Of a stretch of DNA of 52,627 bases, positions 1 to 14,305 are shown piece after piece (position 1 is the stretch's first letter; every line of letters starts with the position of its first letter). This stretch comes from Hydrogenophaga sp. (GTDB lineage Bacteria > Pseudomonadota > Gammaproteobacteria > Burkholderiales > Burkholderiaceae_C): the NCBI GenBank assembly GCA_046074205.1, contig JBJTNV010000010.1, positions 1 through 52,627 of the forward strand, given 5' to 3'. A program made the position numbers and the translations under genes. The notes under the pieces were generated by a model, which worked only from the letters and a program-made list of their open reading frames with translations, was not told the DNA's origin and did no database searches.

Positions 1-4090
<4,090 letters not shown>

Positions 4091-4123
4091 GGTGATGTGT
4101 CCCTGTCGTATCCGGTGTCGAAA

Positions 4124-5875
4124 TCAAAAGCTCGCGCTCAGGCTGAAGCCGTAGGTGGTGTTGGCGGTGCGAAAGCCTTGGGGTTTGCGCACTGGGGCGC
4201 CCACAAACACGTCATAGTTGAGCGCGCCCACCTTGCCGCGCCAGCCCAGCGCCCAGCCGGTCAAGTTGTTGCCCAACAGGTTCTTTGCGCTGGGGCCGGC
4301 CACGTGGCCATGGTCGAGCGCCAGGTAGATGTGCTGATCGGGCAAGAGCAGGACCGTACTCACCTCGTTGCGCAGCAGCCAGCCGCGCTCGGCCGACAGG
4401 GCGCTGGCGCCGTCAAAGCCGCGCACGGTGTAGCGCCCGCCGATGCTGAAACGGTCTTGTGACGTGAGCGGTGTGCGGTTGTGTTGCCAGCGCCAGTTGC
4501 CCTGGTGTTGCCAGCGTTGGCCCCCGAGCTGAAACGGCGTGCTCAGCTGCACATCGGCCGTCACCAAACGAAAGCGGTGCGTGCCTTCGCCAAAGAGTTC
4601 TTCAGGCGCTTCGTTGGCGCCAAAGGCCTTGGTGCCGTGCTTGTAGTTCAGGCCAGCCTCGACCTGCGCCGGCCCCCACTGGGTTTTGTGCTGCAGGCCC
4701 AGCTCAAAGCCGCCCACGCGGCGACGCTGCACCTCAACTTCAGTGTCGTCGATGAAGTTTTCTGACTGGCGCGCAAAGGCTTTGAGGCTCCAGCTGCTTT
4801 TGCTGACTGCGTCGCGGTGAAACAGGTGGGTGAGCTTGATGTCCTGACTGTGGCTCTGGCCACTGTAGACATAGTCCTGGGTAGCACCGGCGACGGTCTG
4901 GAAGTAGCGGTTGCGGTTGGTGTTCAGGGCGAGCAGCCAGTAGCCGAAGGGCACGCTGTAGTGGGTGGTGACGCCACGCGTGCCACGCCAGCCCGCATCG
5001 CCACGACCGAGGTCGCGCGCGATCGTCACATAGAACAGGTCGTTGAGCGTGAGCGCGTGGTCGTAGCTCAGCGTAGCGCTGCCTTGATACTTGCCGCTGC
5101 TGTCGCTCCCACTGTCGTCAGCACTCAGGTTCAGGCGCCAGAGCTTGACCTGCGACCAACTCACCACCAGGTCGCTGGTGCCGGGCTCCGTGCCGGGCAC
5201 GATCTGGATGTCGGCATCGACGGTGGGCACGCGCTTGAGGTTCTCCAGCGCCTGCTCCACATCGCGCAGCTGCAGCACATCGCCCTCGCCCATGGGCAAG
5301 GCGGGACGCAGGGTGGCACGGTTATCGGGTTTATCCAGGCGAATCCGAGCGATGTGCCCCGGGAGTACTTTCAGCCGCAGCTGGCCGCTGCTCAGGTCTT
5401 GCGGGGACGCCAGCACACGACTGGTGACAAGGCCCTGGGCGATCAGCGCGTTTTGCGCACGCTGAATCAGCAGAGCCACACCCAAGGCACCCAGGCAACG
5501 GCCCTGGGGCGGGTCGCTGCCATCGGGGCCCGTCAATTCGACGAAGAGTGACGACGGCTCGATCAAAGTTTGATCTGTGCCACCGAGGGAGACAACGTCG
5601 ATGCGAAAACAGGGCTGTTCGTCGGGTATCAGAGGCCTGATGTCTTGGGCCGGTACTTCTGGCTCAAGCCAAACATCAGGTGAAAGTTGCAACACGTGCA
5701 GCTGGCGTTGTTCGCGTTCGCGAACTTGGCGCTCGGCGTCGGCGGCTCGCTGCACATCGCTGGGGCTTGGGACAACCGGGGCCTGTGCCCAAACGTTTGA
5801 CGACACCCAGACAGCAGCAATGAGGGCTCTTGCATTGAGTACTTTATTTGCATTATGTTTAACAGTTTTGAACAT
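4124..5875 (-). CDS. TpsB/ShlB/FhaC/HecB (CdiB-like) outer-membrane transporter
   Basis: Signal peptide, POTRA region, FSIGGRYTVRGF motif, C-terminal Phe; directly upstream of TpsA. Confidence 0.95.
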   Translation of the reverse strand: MFKTVKHNANKVLNARALIAAVWVSSNVWAQAPVVPSPSDVQRAADAERQVREREQRQLHVLQLSPDVWLEPEVPAQDIRPLIPDEQPCFRIDVVSLGGTDQTLIEPSSLFVELTGPDGSDPPQGRCLGALGVALLIQRAQNALIAQGLVTSRVLASPQDLSSGQLRLKVLPGHIARIRLDKPDNRATLRPALPMGEGDVLQLRDVEQALENLKRVPTVDADIQIVPGTEPGTSDLVVSWSQVKLWRLNLSADDSGSDSSGKYQGSATLSYDHALTLNDLFYVTIARDLGRGDAGWRGTRGVTTHYSVPFGYWLLALNTNRNRYFQTVAGATQDYVYSGQSHSQDIKLTHLFHRDAVSKSSWSLKAFARQSENFIDDTEVEVQRRRVGGFELGLQHKTQWGPAQVEAGLNYKHGTKAFGANEAPEELFGEGTHRFRLVTADVQLSTPFQLGGQRWQHQGNWRWQHNRTPLTSQDRFSIGGRYTVRGFDGASALSAERGWLLRNEVSTVLLLPDQHIYLALDHGHVAGPSAKNLLGNNLTGWALGWRGKVGALNYDVFVGAPVRKPQGFRTANTTYGFSLSASF

Positions 5876-5894
5876 CCTTAGATGTTAAACATAA
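5853..5894. promoter_or_regulatory. 12-bp perfect inverted repeat (TTATGTTTAACA-N18-TGTTAAACATAA) straddling the tpsB start in an AT-rich region
   Basis: Arms at 5853-5864 and 5883-5894; 5881-5940 has only 15/60 G+C. Confidence 0.6.
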
Positions 5895-6109
5895 AACATT
5901 TTTAATTTAATAAACTTTATGTACCAATTTCACGTGAGGCATGTTCTAGTTAGGCATGCCCCAGTCAAAGGGCCAGGTTCGGACCAACACCACACTGCGC
6001 GGCGATGAATGCGGACCAAAGGCTGTTGTGCGATGGCCAGCACCGCATCAGTGCTGGCATAGAGTCGCTCTGACGCTCAAGATCAGCGGTGCCTCATTCG
6101 GGAGCGATA

Positions 6110-7633
6110 TCACACTACTCTCCGCAACACCGTCTTCAACACCTTCCCGTAGTTGTTCTTCGGCAGCGCCTCGACGAACTCGTACCGCTTGGGCCGCTTG
6201 AAGCGGGCAATCTGCTCCAGGCAGAAGGCGTCGAGCGTCTGGGCATCCAGCGCCGCCCCCGCCTGCGGCACCACGAAGGCCACCACGATTTCGCCCCACT
6301 CGGGGTCGGGTGCGCCGACCACGGCCACTTCGGCCACGCCGGGCGCGTGCAGCAGCACCTCTTCCACCTCGCGCGGGTAGATGTTGCTGCCGCCGCTGAT
6401 GATGAGGTCCTTGCTGCGGTCCTTGAGGGTGAGGAAGCCGTCGGCGTCGAGCGCGCCCATGTCGCCGGTCCAGAGCCAGCCGTCGCGGATGGCGGCCTGG
6501 GTGGCCTCGGGGTTGCGCCAGTAGCCGGCCATGACGCTGTCGCCCTGGATCAGCACTTCACCCACCTCGCCCGTGGGCAGCGATTGCCCGTCCGGCCCCG
6601 CGACGCGGATGCGCACGGGGGTCTGCGCCACGCCGACGGAGGCGATGCGCGCCTCGTGCCGCGGGTGCGCGATGTCGGCCAGGTGGGCGCGGCTGAGCGC
6701 GGTGCCGGTCATGGGGCTTTCGCCCTGGCCGTAGATCTGCACGAAACGCGGGCCCATGGTGCGCAGTGCGCGGCGGATGTCGGCGGCGTACATGGGCGCG
6801 CCGCCGTAGACGATGGTCTTGAAGCTCTGGCCGCACTGCCCGGGCGTAAGGCCCTGCGCCTCGGCCTCGTCGACGATGCGTTTGACGATGGTGGGCGCGG
6901 CGAACAGCGAGAGCGGGCCGAGCGCGCGGCCCAAGTCGAACAGCTCGGCCGCGTCGAAGCCGCCCGAGGCGGGCACCACGTGCCGCGCGCCGGCCATGAG
7001 GTGCGGGAGGGCGTACAGCCCCGCCCCGTGCGACATGGGCGCGGCGTAGACGATGGCGTCCTGCGGATCGACGTGATCGACGTCGTTGAAGTAGCCCAGC
7101 CCCATGGTGAGCAGGCAACGGTGCGTGATCATCACGCCCTTGGGCCGGCCGGTGGTGCCGCTGGTGTAGAACAGCCAGGCGGTGTCGTCAGGGGCGCGGT
7201 CTTGAATCTCGGCCAGCCCCTCGCCTTCGTTCATCCAGGCGTCGCATTCGGCGCTGTCCACGTCCATCACGCCGTCCAGCCCGGTCAGTTCGGCCGGGTC
7301 CGGCACGATGTCCGACGTGACAAAGGCCCGGCGCGCGCCGGCGTTTTCCACGATCCACTGCACCTCTTTCAGGTGCAGCTTGGCATTCACCGGCACCACC
7401 ACCAGCCCGGCCCACCAGGCGCCGAACAGCAGTTCCAGGTAACGTGGGTGGTTGCGCATGAAGAGCACGACGCGCTCACCTGGGTGCAGACCGGCGGCGC
7501 GCAGCCGGGCGCCCACGCGGGCGGCGCGTTGTGCCCATTGCGCGTGGGTGGCCATGGGCTGGGCGCCGTTGAAGAGGGCGGGCCGGTCAGGGTGTGCCAG
7601 CGCCTGGCGCTGCAGCAGGTGGGCAAGGTTCAT
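6110..7633 (-). CDS. AMP-dependent acyl-CoA synthetase
   Basis: [34 protein letters not shown] and LPKNNYGKV motifs; start reassigned to MNLAHLL. Confidence 0.93.
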   Translation of the reverse strand: MNLAHLLQRQALAHPDRPALFNGAQPMATHAQWAQRAARVGARLRAAGLHPGERVVLFMRNHPRYLELLFGAWWAGLVVVPVNAKLHLKEVQWIVENAGARRAFVTSDIVPDPAELTGLDGVMDVDSAECDAWMNEGEGLAEIQDRAPDDTAWLFYTSGTTGRPKGVMITHRCLLTMGLGYFNDVDHVDPQDAIVYAAPMSHGAGLYALPHLMAGARHVVPASGGFDAAELFDLGRALGPLSLFAAPTIVKRIVDEAEAQGLTPGQCGQSFKTIVYGGAPMYAADIRRALRTMGPRFVQIYGQGESPMTGTALSRAHLADIAHPRHEARIASVGVAQTPVRIRVAGPDGQSLPTGEVGEVLIQGDSVMAGYWRNPEATQAAIRDGWLWTGDMGALDADGFLTLKDRSKDLIISGGSNIYPREVEEVLLHAPGVAEVAVVGAPDPEWGEIVVAFVVPQAGAALDAQTLDAFCLEQIARFKRPKRYEFVEALPKNNYGKVLKTVLRRVV

Positions 7634-7742
7634 GGCGGGGTCTGCACGGTGGGGATTGGAGCAGCGCTCATTGTCGGGGCGCCACGCCAGTACCGGCTCA
7701 TCGTCAGGCACGCACAAGGCCTTCGCCCTTACAGTGGATCGC

Positions 7743-9353
7743 ATGAGCGACACCCTGCCCCCGTTGATCACCGCGCTGCTGGACCCGACCCGCTACCCGC
7801 ACGCGTTGCAGCGGGTGGAGCTGGTGCAGACGCACGGGGCCTGGGTGCTGCTGGCGGGCGAATACGCCTACAAGATCAAGAAGCCGGTGCGGTTTCCGTT
7901 CATGGACTTCAGCACCCTGGCCCTGCGGCGCCACGCCTGCGAGGCCGAGCTACGCGTGAACCGGCGGTTCCAGCGGCACGACCAGCCGGCCACCCACCTC
8001 TACCAGGACGTGCTGCCCATCACCGGCACGGCGGCGGACCCGCACTGGGGCGCGGCGGGTGACAAGGGCCAGGCCATCGAATTCGCGGTGCGCATGCGCC
8101 GCTTTGACGAAGCCCTGCGGCTGGACCACCTCTGTGCGCGCGGCCTGCTGACACCCGCGCACATGGCGGGGCTGGCCCGGCGCATGGCCAGCTTCCAGCG
8201 GCAGGCCGCGGTGGCGGACGGCGACCAGCCCTGGGGGCACGCGGCGGCGGCCATGCGCTGGCCGCGCGACAACGTCAGTACCCTGCGCGCGCTGCTGACG
8301 GCACCGGCCGACGCGGCGCTGGTACGTGCCCTGGGCAACTGGACCGAGCAGCGCTTCATGGCCATCGAACCCCTGCTCTCGCGCCGGCGGCAGAAGGGCC
8401 GGGTGCGTGAAGGCCATGGCGACCTGCACCTGGCCAACCTGGTGCTGGTCCGGGGCGATGGTGGCGACGAGGTGCTGCCGTTTGACGCCATCGAATTCAA
8501 CGACGAGCTGCGCTGGATCGACGTGGCCAGCGACATGGCCTTTGTCTGGATGGACTTGCTGGACCACGGCCAGCCCGGGCTGGCCAACGTGCTGCTGAGC
8601 GAATGGCTGGACGCCAGCGGCGACGTGTCCTCGCCCACGGTGTGGAGCTTCTTTGCCAGCTACCGGGCCGGTGTGCGCGCCAAGGTGGCGGCGATTCGCG
8701 CCGGGCAGCAGGACGGCACGTCCGACGCCGGGGACAGCCTTCATGAGGCGCGGCGCTACCTGGCGCTGGCGCAGGCCATTGCCCACCCGCCGTCGCCGCA
8801 GCTGGTGATCACGCACGGCCTGTCGGGCAGCGGCAAGACCTGGGCGTCCGGCCAGTGGCTGCTGGCCGAGCCCAGCGGCCGCGCGATCCGCCTGCGGTCC
8901 GACGTGGAGCGCAAGCGCCTGCATGGCATGGGGCCGCTGGCGGTCAGTCAGGCGGGCCTGAACGAGGGGCTGTACCGGCCGCAGGCGCATGGCGAGACCT
9001 ACGCATCGCTGCGCACGCGGGCGCGCGGCCTGCTGCAGGATGGCTGGTCGGTGCTGGTGGACGCCGCCTTTCTGCGCGCAGGCGAGCGGCAGACCTTTGC
9101 CGATCTGGCACAGGCGGCCGGTGTGCCCTTCCACATCCTGGCCTGCGAGGCCGCGCCCGAGGTGCTGCGCGAACGCGTCAGCGCCCGGCAGGCCGCGGGC
9201 CGCGACGCGTCGGAAGCGACGCTGGCGGTGCTGGAGCAGCAGTTCGGCTGGCTGGAGCCGCTGACCGCCGCAGAACGCGCCTGCGCGCTGGCCCAGCCGG
9301 TGACGGCACAAATTTCTTCAATCCCGCCCGGTGCGCTTTCACAAGCCGTTTGA
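7743..9353 (+). CDS. Bifunctional aminoglycoside-phosphotransferase-like kinase / P-loop (AAA_33) protein
   Basis: QTHGAWV, YKIKKPV, HGDLHLAN, FDAIEFN, then GLSGSGKT Walker A; start reassigned to MSDTLPP. Confidence 0.88.
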   Translation: MSDTLPPLITALLDPTRYPHALQRVELVQTHGAWVLLAGEYAYKIKKPVRFPFMDFSTLALRRHACEAELRVNRRFQRHDQPATHLYQDVLPITGTAADPHWGAAGDKGQAIEFAVRMRRFDEALRLDHLCARGLLTPAHMAGLARRMASFQRQAAVADGDQPWGHAAAAMRWPRDNVSTLRALLTAPADAALVRALGNWTEQRFMAIEPLLSRRRQKGRVREGHGDLHLANLVLVRGDGGDEVLPFDAIEFNDELRWIDVASDMAFVWMDLLDHGQPGLANVLLSEWLDASGDVSSPTVWSFFASYRAGVRAKVAAIRAGQQDGTSDAGDSLHEARRYLALAQAIAHPPSPQLVITHGLSGSGKTWASGQWLLAEPSGRAIRLRSDVERKRLHGMGPLAVSQAGLNEGLYRPQAHGETYASLRTRARGLLQDGWSVLVDAAFLRAGERQTFADLAQAAGVPFHILACEAAPEVLRERVSARQAAGRDASEATLAVLEQQFGWLEPLTAAERACALAQPVTAQISSIPPGALSQAV

Positions 9354-9402
9354 AAACCGCCCCGCTACCATCGACCGATTCATCAGACCCGGAGACCTGT
9401 CC

Positions 9403-10557
9403 ATGCCCGTGATCACCAACATCGAAGACCTGCGCGTCCTGGCACAACGGCGCGTGCCGCGCATGTTCTACGACTACGCCGACTCCGGCTCGTGGACCGA
9501 AAGCACCTACCGCGCCAACAGCGAGGACTTCCAGCGCATCAAGTTTCGCCAGCGGGTAGCGGTGAATATGGAAAACCGCAGCACCGCCACCACCCTGATC
9601 GGCCAGCAGGTCGCCATGCCGGTGGCCATCGCCCCCACCGGCCTGACCGGCATGCAACACGCCGACGGCGAGATCCTGGCCGCCCGCGCCGCCAGAAAAT
9701 TCGGCATTCCCTTCACCCTCTCGACCATGAGCATCTGCTCGATCGAGGACGTCGCCAAACACGCTGGCGAAGGCTTCTGGTTCCAGCTGTATGTGATGAA
9801 GGACCGCGGTTTCATCGAGCGCCTGATCGACCGGGCCAAGGCCGCGAACTGTGGCGCGCTGGTGCTGACCCTGGACCTGCAGATCCTCGGCCAGCGCCAC
9901 AAGGACCTCAAGAACGGCCTGTCGGCTCCCCCGAAGCTGACCATCGCCAACATGATCAACATCGCCACCAAGCCGCGCTGGGCACTGGGCATGCTGGGCA
10001 CGCCGCGCCGGCAGTTCGGCAACATCGTCGGCCACGTGAGCGGTGTAGGCGACATGAGCAGCCTGTCGTCCTGGACCGCCTCGCAATTCGACCCCGCGCT
10101 CAACTGGGGCGATGTGGAGTGGATCAAGAACCGCTGGGGCGGCAAACTGATCCTCAAAGGCATCCAGGACGTCGAGGACGCAAAGCTGGCCGTGCAGTCG
10201 GGTGCGGACGCGCTGATCGTCTCCAACCATGGCGGGCGCCAGCTCGACGGCGCGCAAAGCAGCATCGAGGCGCTGCCGACCATCGTCGATGCGGTGGGCA
10301 GCCAGATCGAAGTGCACATGGACGGCGGCATCCGTTCCGGCCAGGACGTGCTGCGGGCACGAGCCCTGGGGGCCCGCGGTGTCTACATCGGCCGGCCTTT
10401 CCTGTACGGTCTGGGCGCGCTGGGCGAGGCCGGTGTGACCAAGTGCCTGGAAATCATCCACAAGGAGCTGGACATTTCCATGGCCTTCTGTGGTCACACC
10501 CGCATCGATACCGTCAACCGCGACATCCTGCTGCCCGGGACCTACCCCACGGCCTGA
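9403..10557 (+). CDS. lldD: FMN-dependent alpha-hydroxy-acid oxidase / L-lactate dehydrogenase
   Basis: FYDYADSG, VSNHGGRQLD, DGGIRSGQD; GGAGA SD before MPVITNIEDL. Confidence 0.85.
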   Translation: MPVITNIEDLRVLAQRRVPRMFYDYADSGSWTESTYRANSEDFQRIKFRQRVAVNMENRSTATTLIGQQVAMPVAIAPTGLTGMQHADGEILAARAARKFGIPFTLSTMSICSIEDVAKHAGEGFWFQLYVMKDRGFIERLIDRAKAANCGALVLTLDLQILGQRHKDLKNGLSAPPKLTIANMINIATKPRWALGMLGTPRRQFGNIVGHVSGVGDMSSLSSWTASQFDPALNWGDVEWIKNRWGGKLILKGIQDVEDAKLAVQSGADALIVSNHGGRQLDGAQSSIEALPTIVDAVGSQIEVHMDGGIRSGQDVLRARALGARGVYIGRPFLYGLGALGEAGVTKCLEIIHKELDISMAFCGHTRIDTVNRDILLPGTYPTA

Positions 10558-10601
10558 GGGTGGCCGGGGCATACTGGAAGACTTCTCCCGTATGGACCAC
10601 C

Positions 10602-11156
10602 ATGAACGCCCGTGACCCCTCCCCCCCTTCGGCGCACGTCCCACCGCAAACCGTCGCCCCTGATCGTGACCGCCGCGTCAGCCCCTGGTGGCGGGCGCTG
10701 GCCATCCTCCTGCTGCTGGTCCTGCTGCTGGGCTGGGCCGCCAGTGCGAGCATGTTCGAGCAGTTCAAGGCACAGCTGCGGCACCAGCAGGGTCAGCTGA
10801 GCGGGCAGGCCCAGATCACCCAGGTCGCCGTGCTGGTGGACGCGCAAGGTCGGCCGGCGATGCTGGCCACCTTCACCGAGCGAACGGGCCGCCTGCAGTT
10901 GCAGCGCCTGAACGATGTGAAGGAAGGTCGAGAAGACAGTCTGCAGGTCTGGGCCCTGGATGCCTCGGGGCGGGCCCGCTCGCTGGGCATCATCGAAAGC
11001 CGCCACAAGACACTGCAGATGCCGGTGCTGCCGGGCGATCTGCCGTCAGCCGTCGAACTGGGGATCAGCGCCGAGAACAAAGGGGGCGTGCCCGACGGGG
11101 CGTCACCCAGCCTGCCGTGGCTGTTCAGGGGCTGGCTGGTGCACAAAGCAATCTGA
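10602..11156 (+). CDS. Membrane protein with RskA-type anti-sigma C-terminal domain
   Basis: 3' part of the 9492..11156 ORF: one TM helix then LQVWAL..RSLGII..ISAENKGG..PS.P..F.G pattern. Confidence 0.75.
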   Translation: MNARDPSPPSAHVPPQTVAPDRDRRVSPWWRALAILLLLVLLLGWAASASMFEQFKAQLRHQQGQLSGQAQITQVAVLVDAQGRPAMLATFTERTGRLQLQRLNDVKEGREDSLQVWALDASGRARSLGIIESRHKTLQMPVLPGDLPSAVELGISAENKGGVPDGASPSLPWLFRGWLVHKAI

Positions 11157-11211
11157 CCCCGCCACTGGGCGCCGCCGGGCGTGTGCCTGAGCGACCCACG
11201 GTCCTGCCCGC

Positions 11212-12456
11212 ATGAACGCGCCTGCCAGCCGCCCCCGCCGCATTGCGCACCTCGACATGGACGCGTTCTACGCGTCGGTGGAGCTGCTGCGCTATCCGCA
11301 GCTCAAGGGTCTGCCCATGGTCATCGGCGGCGGGCGCCGGCGCGAGACCGAGATGTTCGAACGCCTGCGCCAGGCCTACCCCGAACGCGAGTGGGGGCCG
11401 GCCACGCTGGACCGCATCCCGGTGGACTTTTTTCCGCGCCTCAAGGACTACACCGGGCGCGGTGTGGCCACCACCGCCACCTACGCGGCGCGCCGGTTCG
11501 GCGTCGGCTCGGCCATGGGGCTGATGAAGGCCGCCAAGCTCTGCCCCGACGCCATCCTGCTGCCGGTGGACTTCGAGGAGGTCAAGCGCCTCTCGCGCCG
11601 GTTCAAGAGCACCATCCTGGAGATCGCGCCGGTGATGCAGGACCGCGGCGTGGACGAGGTCTACATCGACTTCACCGACGTGCCCGGCGGCCAGCGCGAG
11701 GGCGGGCGGGTGCTGGCGCGGCTGATCCAGAAATCCATCTTCCAGGCCACGGGGCTGACCTGCTCCATCGGTGTGGCGCCCAACAAGCTGCTGGCCAAGA
11801 TGGCGAGCGAGTTCCACAAGCCCAACGGCATCAGCATCGTGCGGCCGGACGATCTTGAAAGCATGATCTGGCCCCTGCCCTGCCGCAAGATCAACGGCGT
11901 GGGGCCCAAGGCCGACGCGAAGCTGCAAAGCCACGGCATCCACACCATCGGCGAACTGGCGGCGCGCGAGCCGCACTGGCTGATCGAGACCTTCGGCAAG
12001 AGCTATGGTGCCTGGCTGCACGAGGCCGCCTGGGGCCGCGACGACCGGCCGGTGGAGACCGAGAGCGAGCCCGTCAGCATGAGCCGCGAGACCACCTTCG
12101 ACCGCGACCTGCACGCCGTGCGCGACCGGGCCGAGGCCGGCGCCGTCCTCACCCGTCTGTGCGAGCAGGTGGCGGGCGACCTGCAGCGCCAGGGCTACAC
12201 CGGCCGCACCATCGGCATCAAGATCACCTTTGACAACTTCGAGAAGGTCACGCGTGACATCACCATCGAGAGGGCCACGGCCGACGCGGCGGTGATCCGC
12301 CGGCACGCGGGCCTGTGCCTCAAGCGGGTGGATCTGTCCCGGCGCTTCCGCCTGCTCGGGGTGCGTGTGGGCAAGCTGCAGCGTGCCGACGCTGCCGGCC
12401 AACCGTCGCCGGTGCAGGCCCAGGGGGGCGAAGCGGTGACCGCTCCGCTGTTCTGA
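11212..12456 (+). CDS. dinB: DNA polymerase IV (Y family)
   Basis: IAHLDMDAFYASVE, TYAARRFGV, GVDEVYID, APNKLLAKMAS, RLLGVRV. Confidence 0.95.
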   Translation: MNAPASRPRRIAHLDMDAFYASVELLRYPQLKGLPMVIGGGRRRETEMFERLRQAYPEREWGPATLDRIPVDFFPRLKDYTGRGVATTATYAARRFGVGSAMGLMKAAKLCPDAILLPVDFEEVKRLSRRFKSTILEIAPVMQDRGVDEVYIDFTDVPGGQREGGRVLARLIQKSIFQATGLTCSIGVAPNKLLAKMASEFHKPNGISIVRPDDLESMIWPLPCRKINGVGPKADAKLQSHGIHTIGELAAREPHWLIETFGKSYGAWLHEAAWGRDDRPVETESEPVSMSRETTFDRDLHAVRDRAEAGAVLTRLCEQVAGDLQRQGYTGRTIGIKITFDNFEKVTRDITIERATADAAVIRRHAGLCLKRVDLSRRFRLLGVRVGKLQRADAAGQPSPVQAQGGEAVTAPLF

Positions 12457-12487
12457 CCACAGCCCTGCGCGCGCGTGCAGGCCTTGT

Positions 12488-12509
12488 CCATAGCCTGTTC
12501 GGGCTATGG
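12488..12509. promoter_or_regulatory. 8-6-8 palindrome CCATAGCC-N6-GGCTATGG upstream of tsdA (candidate response-regulator site)
   Basis: Perfect arms at 12488-12495 and 12502-12509; -10-like TAGCAT at 12552-12557. Confidence 0.5.
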
Positions 12510-12589
12510 CCTTAGGCCCATCCGGTTCTGGTGGACACAGCCTGCGCTGCCTAGCATGCAGCCATCCTGTTTCATCTCCGGAGATCGCC

Positions 12590-13651
12590 ATGAACACACG
12601 CCACCAGACCCTGCAACAGGCCGCCTTCGGCCTGTTCCTGATCACCGCCCAGATGGCGGCCATGGGCCAAACGGCGCCCCCGCCGGCACCCGCCCCGGCA
12701 GCCACCGCCGCCGTCAACCTGATCGGCCGGCCCGTTCCAGACATCGCCAGCCTGCCAGCCGACGCGCACCGTGCCCTGGTGGAGTACGGTCAACAACTGA
12801 CCGAACGGACCTATGCCCACATCGGACCGGAAGTGAAGAACGCCCGGATGCGCTATGCCGGCAACAACCTGGCGTGCGTCTCCTGCCACCAGGCCGGCGC
12901 CACCAAGCCGTTTGCCATGCCGTGGACCGGTGTCACCGCCACGTTCCCGCAGTACCGTGCCCGGGAAGACGACATCAGCACCGTGGAGGAGCGTGTCAAC
13001 GGCTGCATGCAGCGCAGCATGAACGGCAAACCCCTGCCGCTGGACTCGCGCGAGATGAAAGCGTTCACCACCTACATCGCGTTCCTGTCCAGGGGCATTC
13101 CCGTGGGCGCCACCCTGCACGGCGCGGCCACGGTGCAAAGCAAAATGCCCAACCGGCGGGCCGACCCCACGGCCGGAGCGGCGGTGTACGCCGCCCGATG
13201 CGCCGTCTGCCATGGTGAGAATGGGCAGGGGCAGCGCGTGGGCCAGAAGGGCGATGCCCAGGGCTACACCTTCCCGCCGCTGTGGGGACCGGACAGCTTC
13301 AACACTGGCGCCGGCATGAACCGCCTTGTGATGGCGACGCGCTTCGTCAAACACAACATGCCGCTCGGTGCCAGCCACGACGCCACGCAGCTCACCGACG
13401 ACGAGGCCTACGACGTCTCGGCCTTCATGGTCTCGCAGCCACGGCCGGTCAAGGCGCGTCTGGAGGCGGACTTCCCTGCACGCTGGAACAAACCGGTGGA
13501 CGCCGCCTTCCCGCCTTACCTGCTGGGCACAGCCGACCAGCACAAGTACGGCCCCTTCCCACCCCTGGCGGAGCAGCAAAAGCAGCGGGCCGAGCAACTC
13601 AAGGCCCAGGCGGCGACGGAACGCGCTGCGAGGGTGCCGGCCAGCCGCTGA
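12590..13651 (+). CDS. tsdA: Diheme cytochrome c thiosulfate dehydrogenase / tetrathionate reductase (TsdA family)
   Basis: Signal peptide, CVSCH and CAVCH, catalytic-Cys motif RVNGCMQRSMNG, FPPLWGPDSFNTGAGM, KHNMP; GGAGA SD before MNTRHQ. Confidence 0.88.
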   Translation: MNTRHQTLQQAAFGLFLITAQMAAMGQTAPPPAPAPAATAAVNLIGRPVPDIASLPADAHRALVEYGQQLTERTYAHIGPEVKNARMRYAGNNLACVSCHQAGATKPFAMPWTGVTATFPQYRAREDDISTVEERVNGCMQRSMNGKPLPLDSREMKAFTTYIAFLSRGIPVGATLHGAATVQSKMPNRRADPTAGAAVYAARCAVCHGENGQGQRVGQKGDAQGYTFPPLWGPDSFNTGAGMNRLVMATRFVKHNMPLGASHDATQLTDDEAYDVSAFMVSQPRPVKARLEADFPARWNKPVDAAFPPYLLGTADQHKYGPFPPLAEQQKQRAEQLKAQAATERAARVPASR

Positions 13652-13666
13652 CCCGACCACCGGACC

Positions 13667-14305
13667 TCAGCCGGCGTCCAGGCCGGCAGGGTCGGCGCGC
13701 AGCAACAGGCGCGCCAGATCGGCCGCATGTCCGCTGCCGGTCTTGTCCGTGATGCGCTGGCGGTGCACGTGGACGGTGTGGTCGCTGATGTCGAGATCAC
13801 GCGCCACTTCCTTGTTGGACAGCCCCAGTGCCAGCAGGCGCGCCACCTCGCGTTCGCGCGGCGACAGGCGCGCCAGCAGTGCCTGCGCCTCGGCCTGGCG
13901 CAAGCGCGTGCGCTGCCGTTCGACGCTGGCCTCCACGGCCCGATTGACGGTGTCCAGCAGCGCCTGCTCCTTGAACGGTTTCTGCAGGAAGTCCAGCGCG
14001 CCGCCTTTCATGGCCTGCACCGCCTGGTCAATGTCGCCATGGCCGGTCATGAACACGATGGGCAACGGCGATCCGGCCTCGCCCAGACGCCGTTGCAGTT
14101 CCAGTCCGCTCATGCGTGGCATGCGGATGTCCAGCAGCAGGCAGCCGCCCTGCGGCCCCAGCACCGGCGCAGCGTCCAGGAATGCCTCGGCGCTGGCATG
14201 ACCCCGCGCCTCGAAACCGCAGCCCTCCAGCATGAAGAGAACCGATCGGAGAAAAGCCGCGTCATCGTCGACCACGTGAACCACGGGCAGGCTGTCATCC
14301 GTCAT
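13667..14305 (-). CDS. FixJ/LuxR-family response regulator, TtrR-like
   Basis: [34 protein letters not shown]; start overlaps the kinase stop (ATGA). Confidence 0.9.
   Translation of the reverse strand: MTDDSLPVVHVVDDDAAFLRSVLFMLEGCGFEARGHASAEAFLDAAPVLGPQGGCLLLDIRMPRMSGLELQRRLGEAGSPLPIVFMTGHGDIDQAVQAMKGGALDFLQKPFKEQALLDTVNRAVEASVERQRTRLRQAEAQALLARLSPREREVARLLALGLSNKEVARDLDISDHTVHVHRQRITDKTGSGHAADLARLLLRADPAGLDAG

Noticed and set aside
6036-6058. GCCAGCAC-N7-GTGCTGGC hairpin as terminator or island boundary
   Set aside because: No U tract and no matching direct repeat or att site in the window.
11157-11211. LexA/SOS box upstream of dinB
   Set aside because: No CTGT-N8-ACAG match found.
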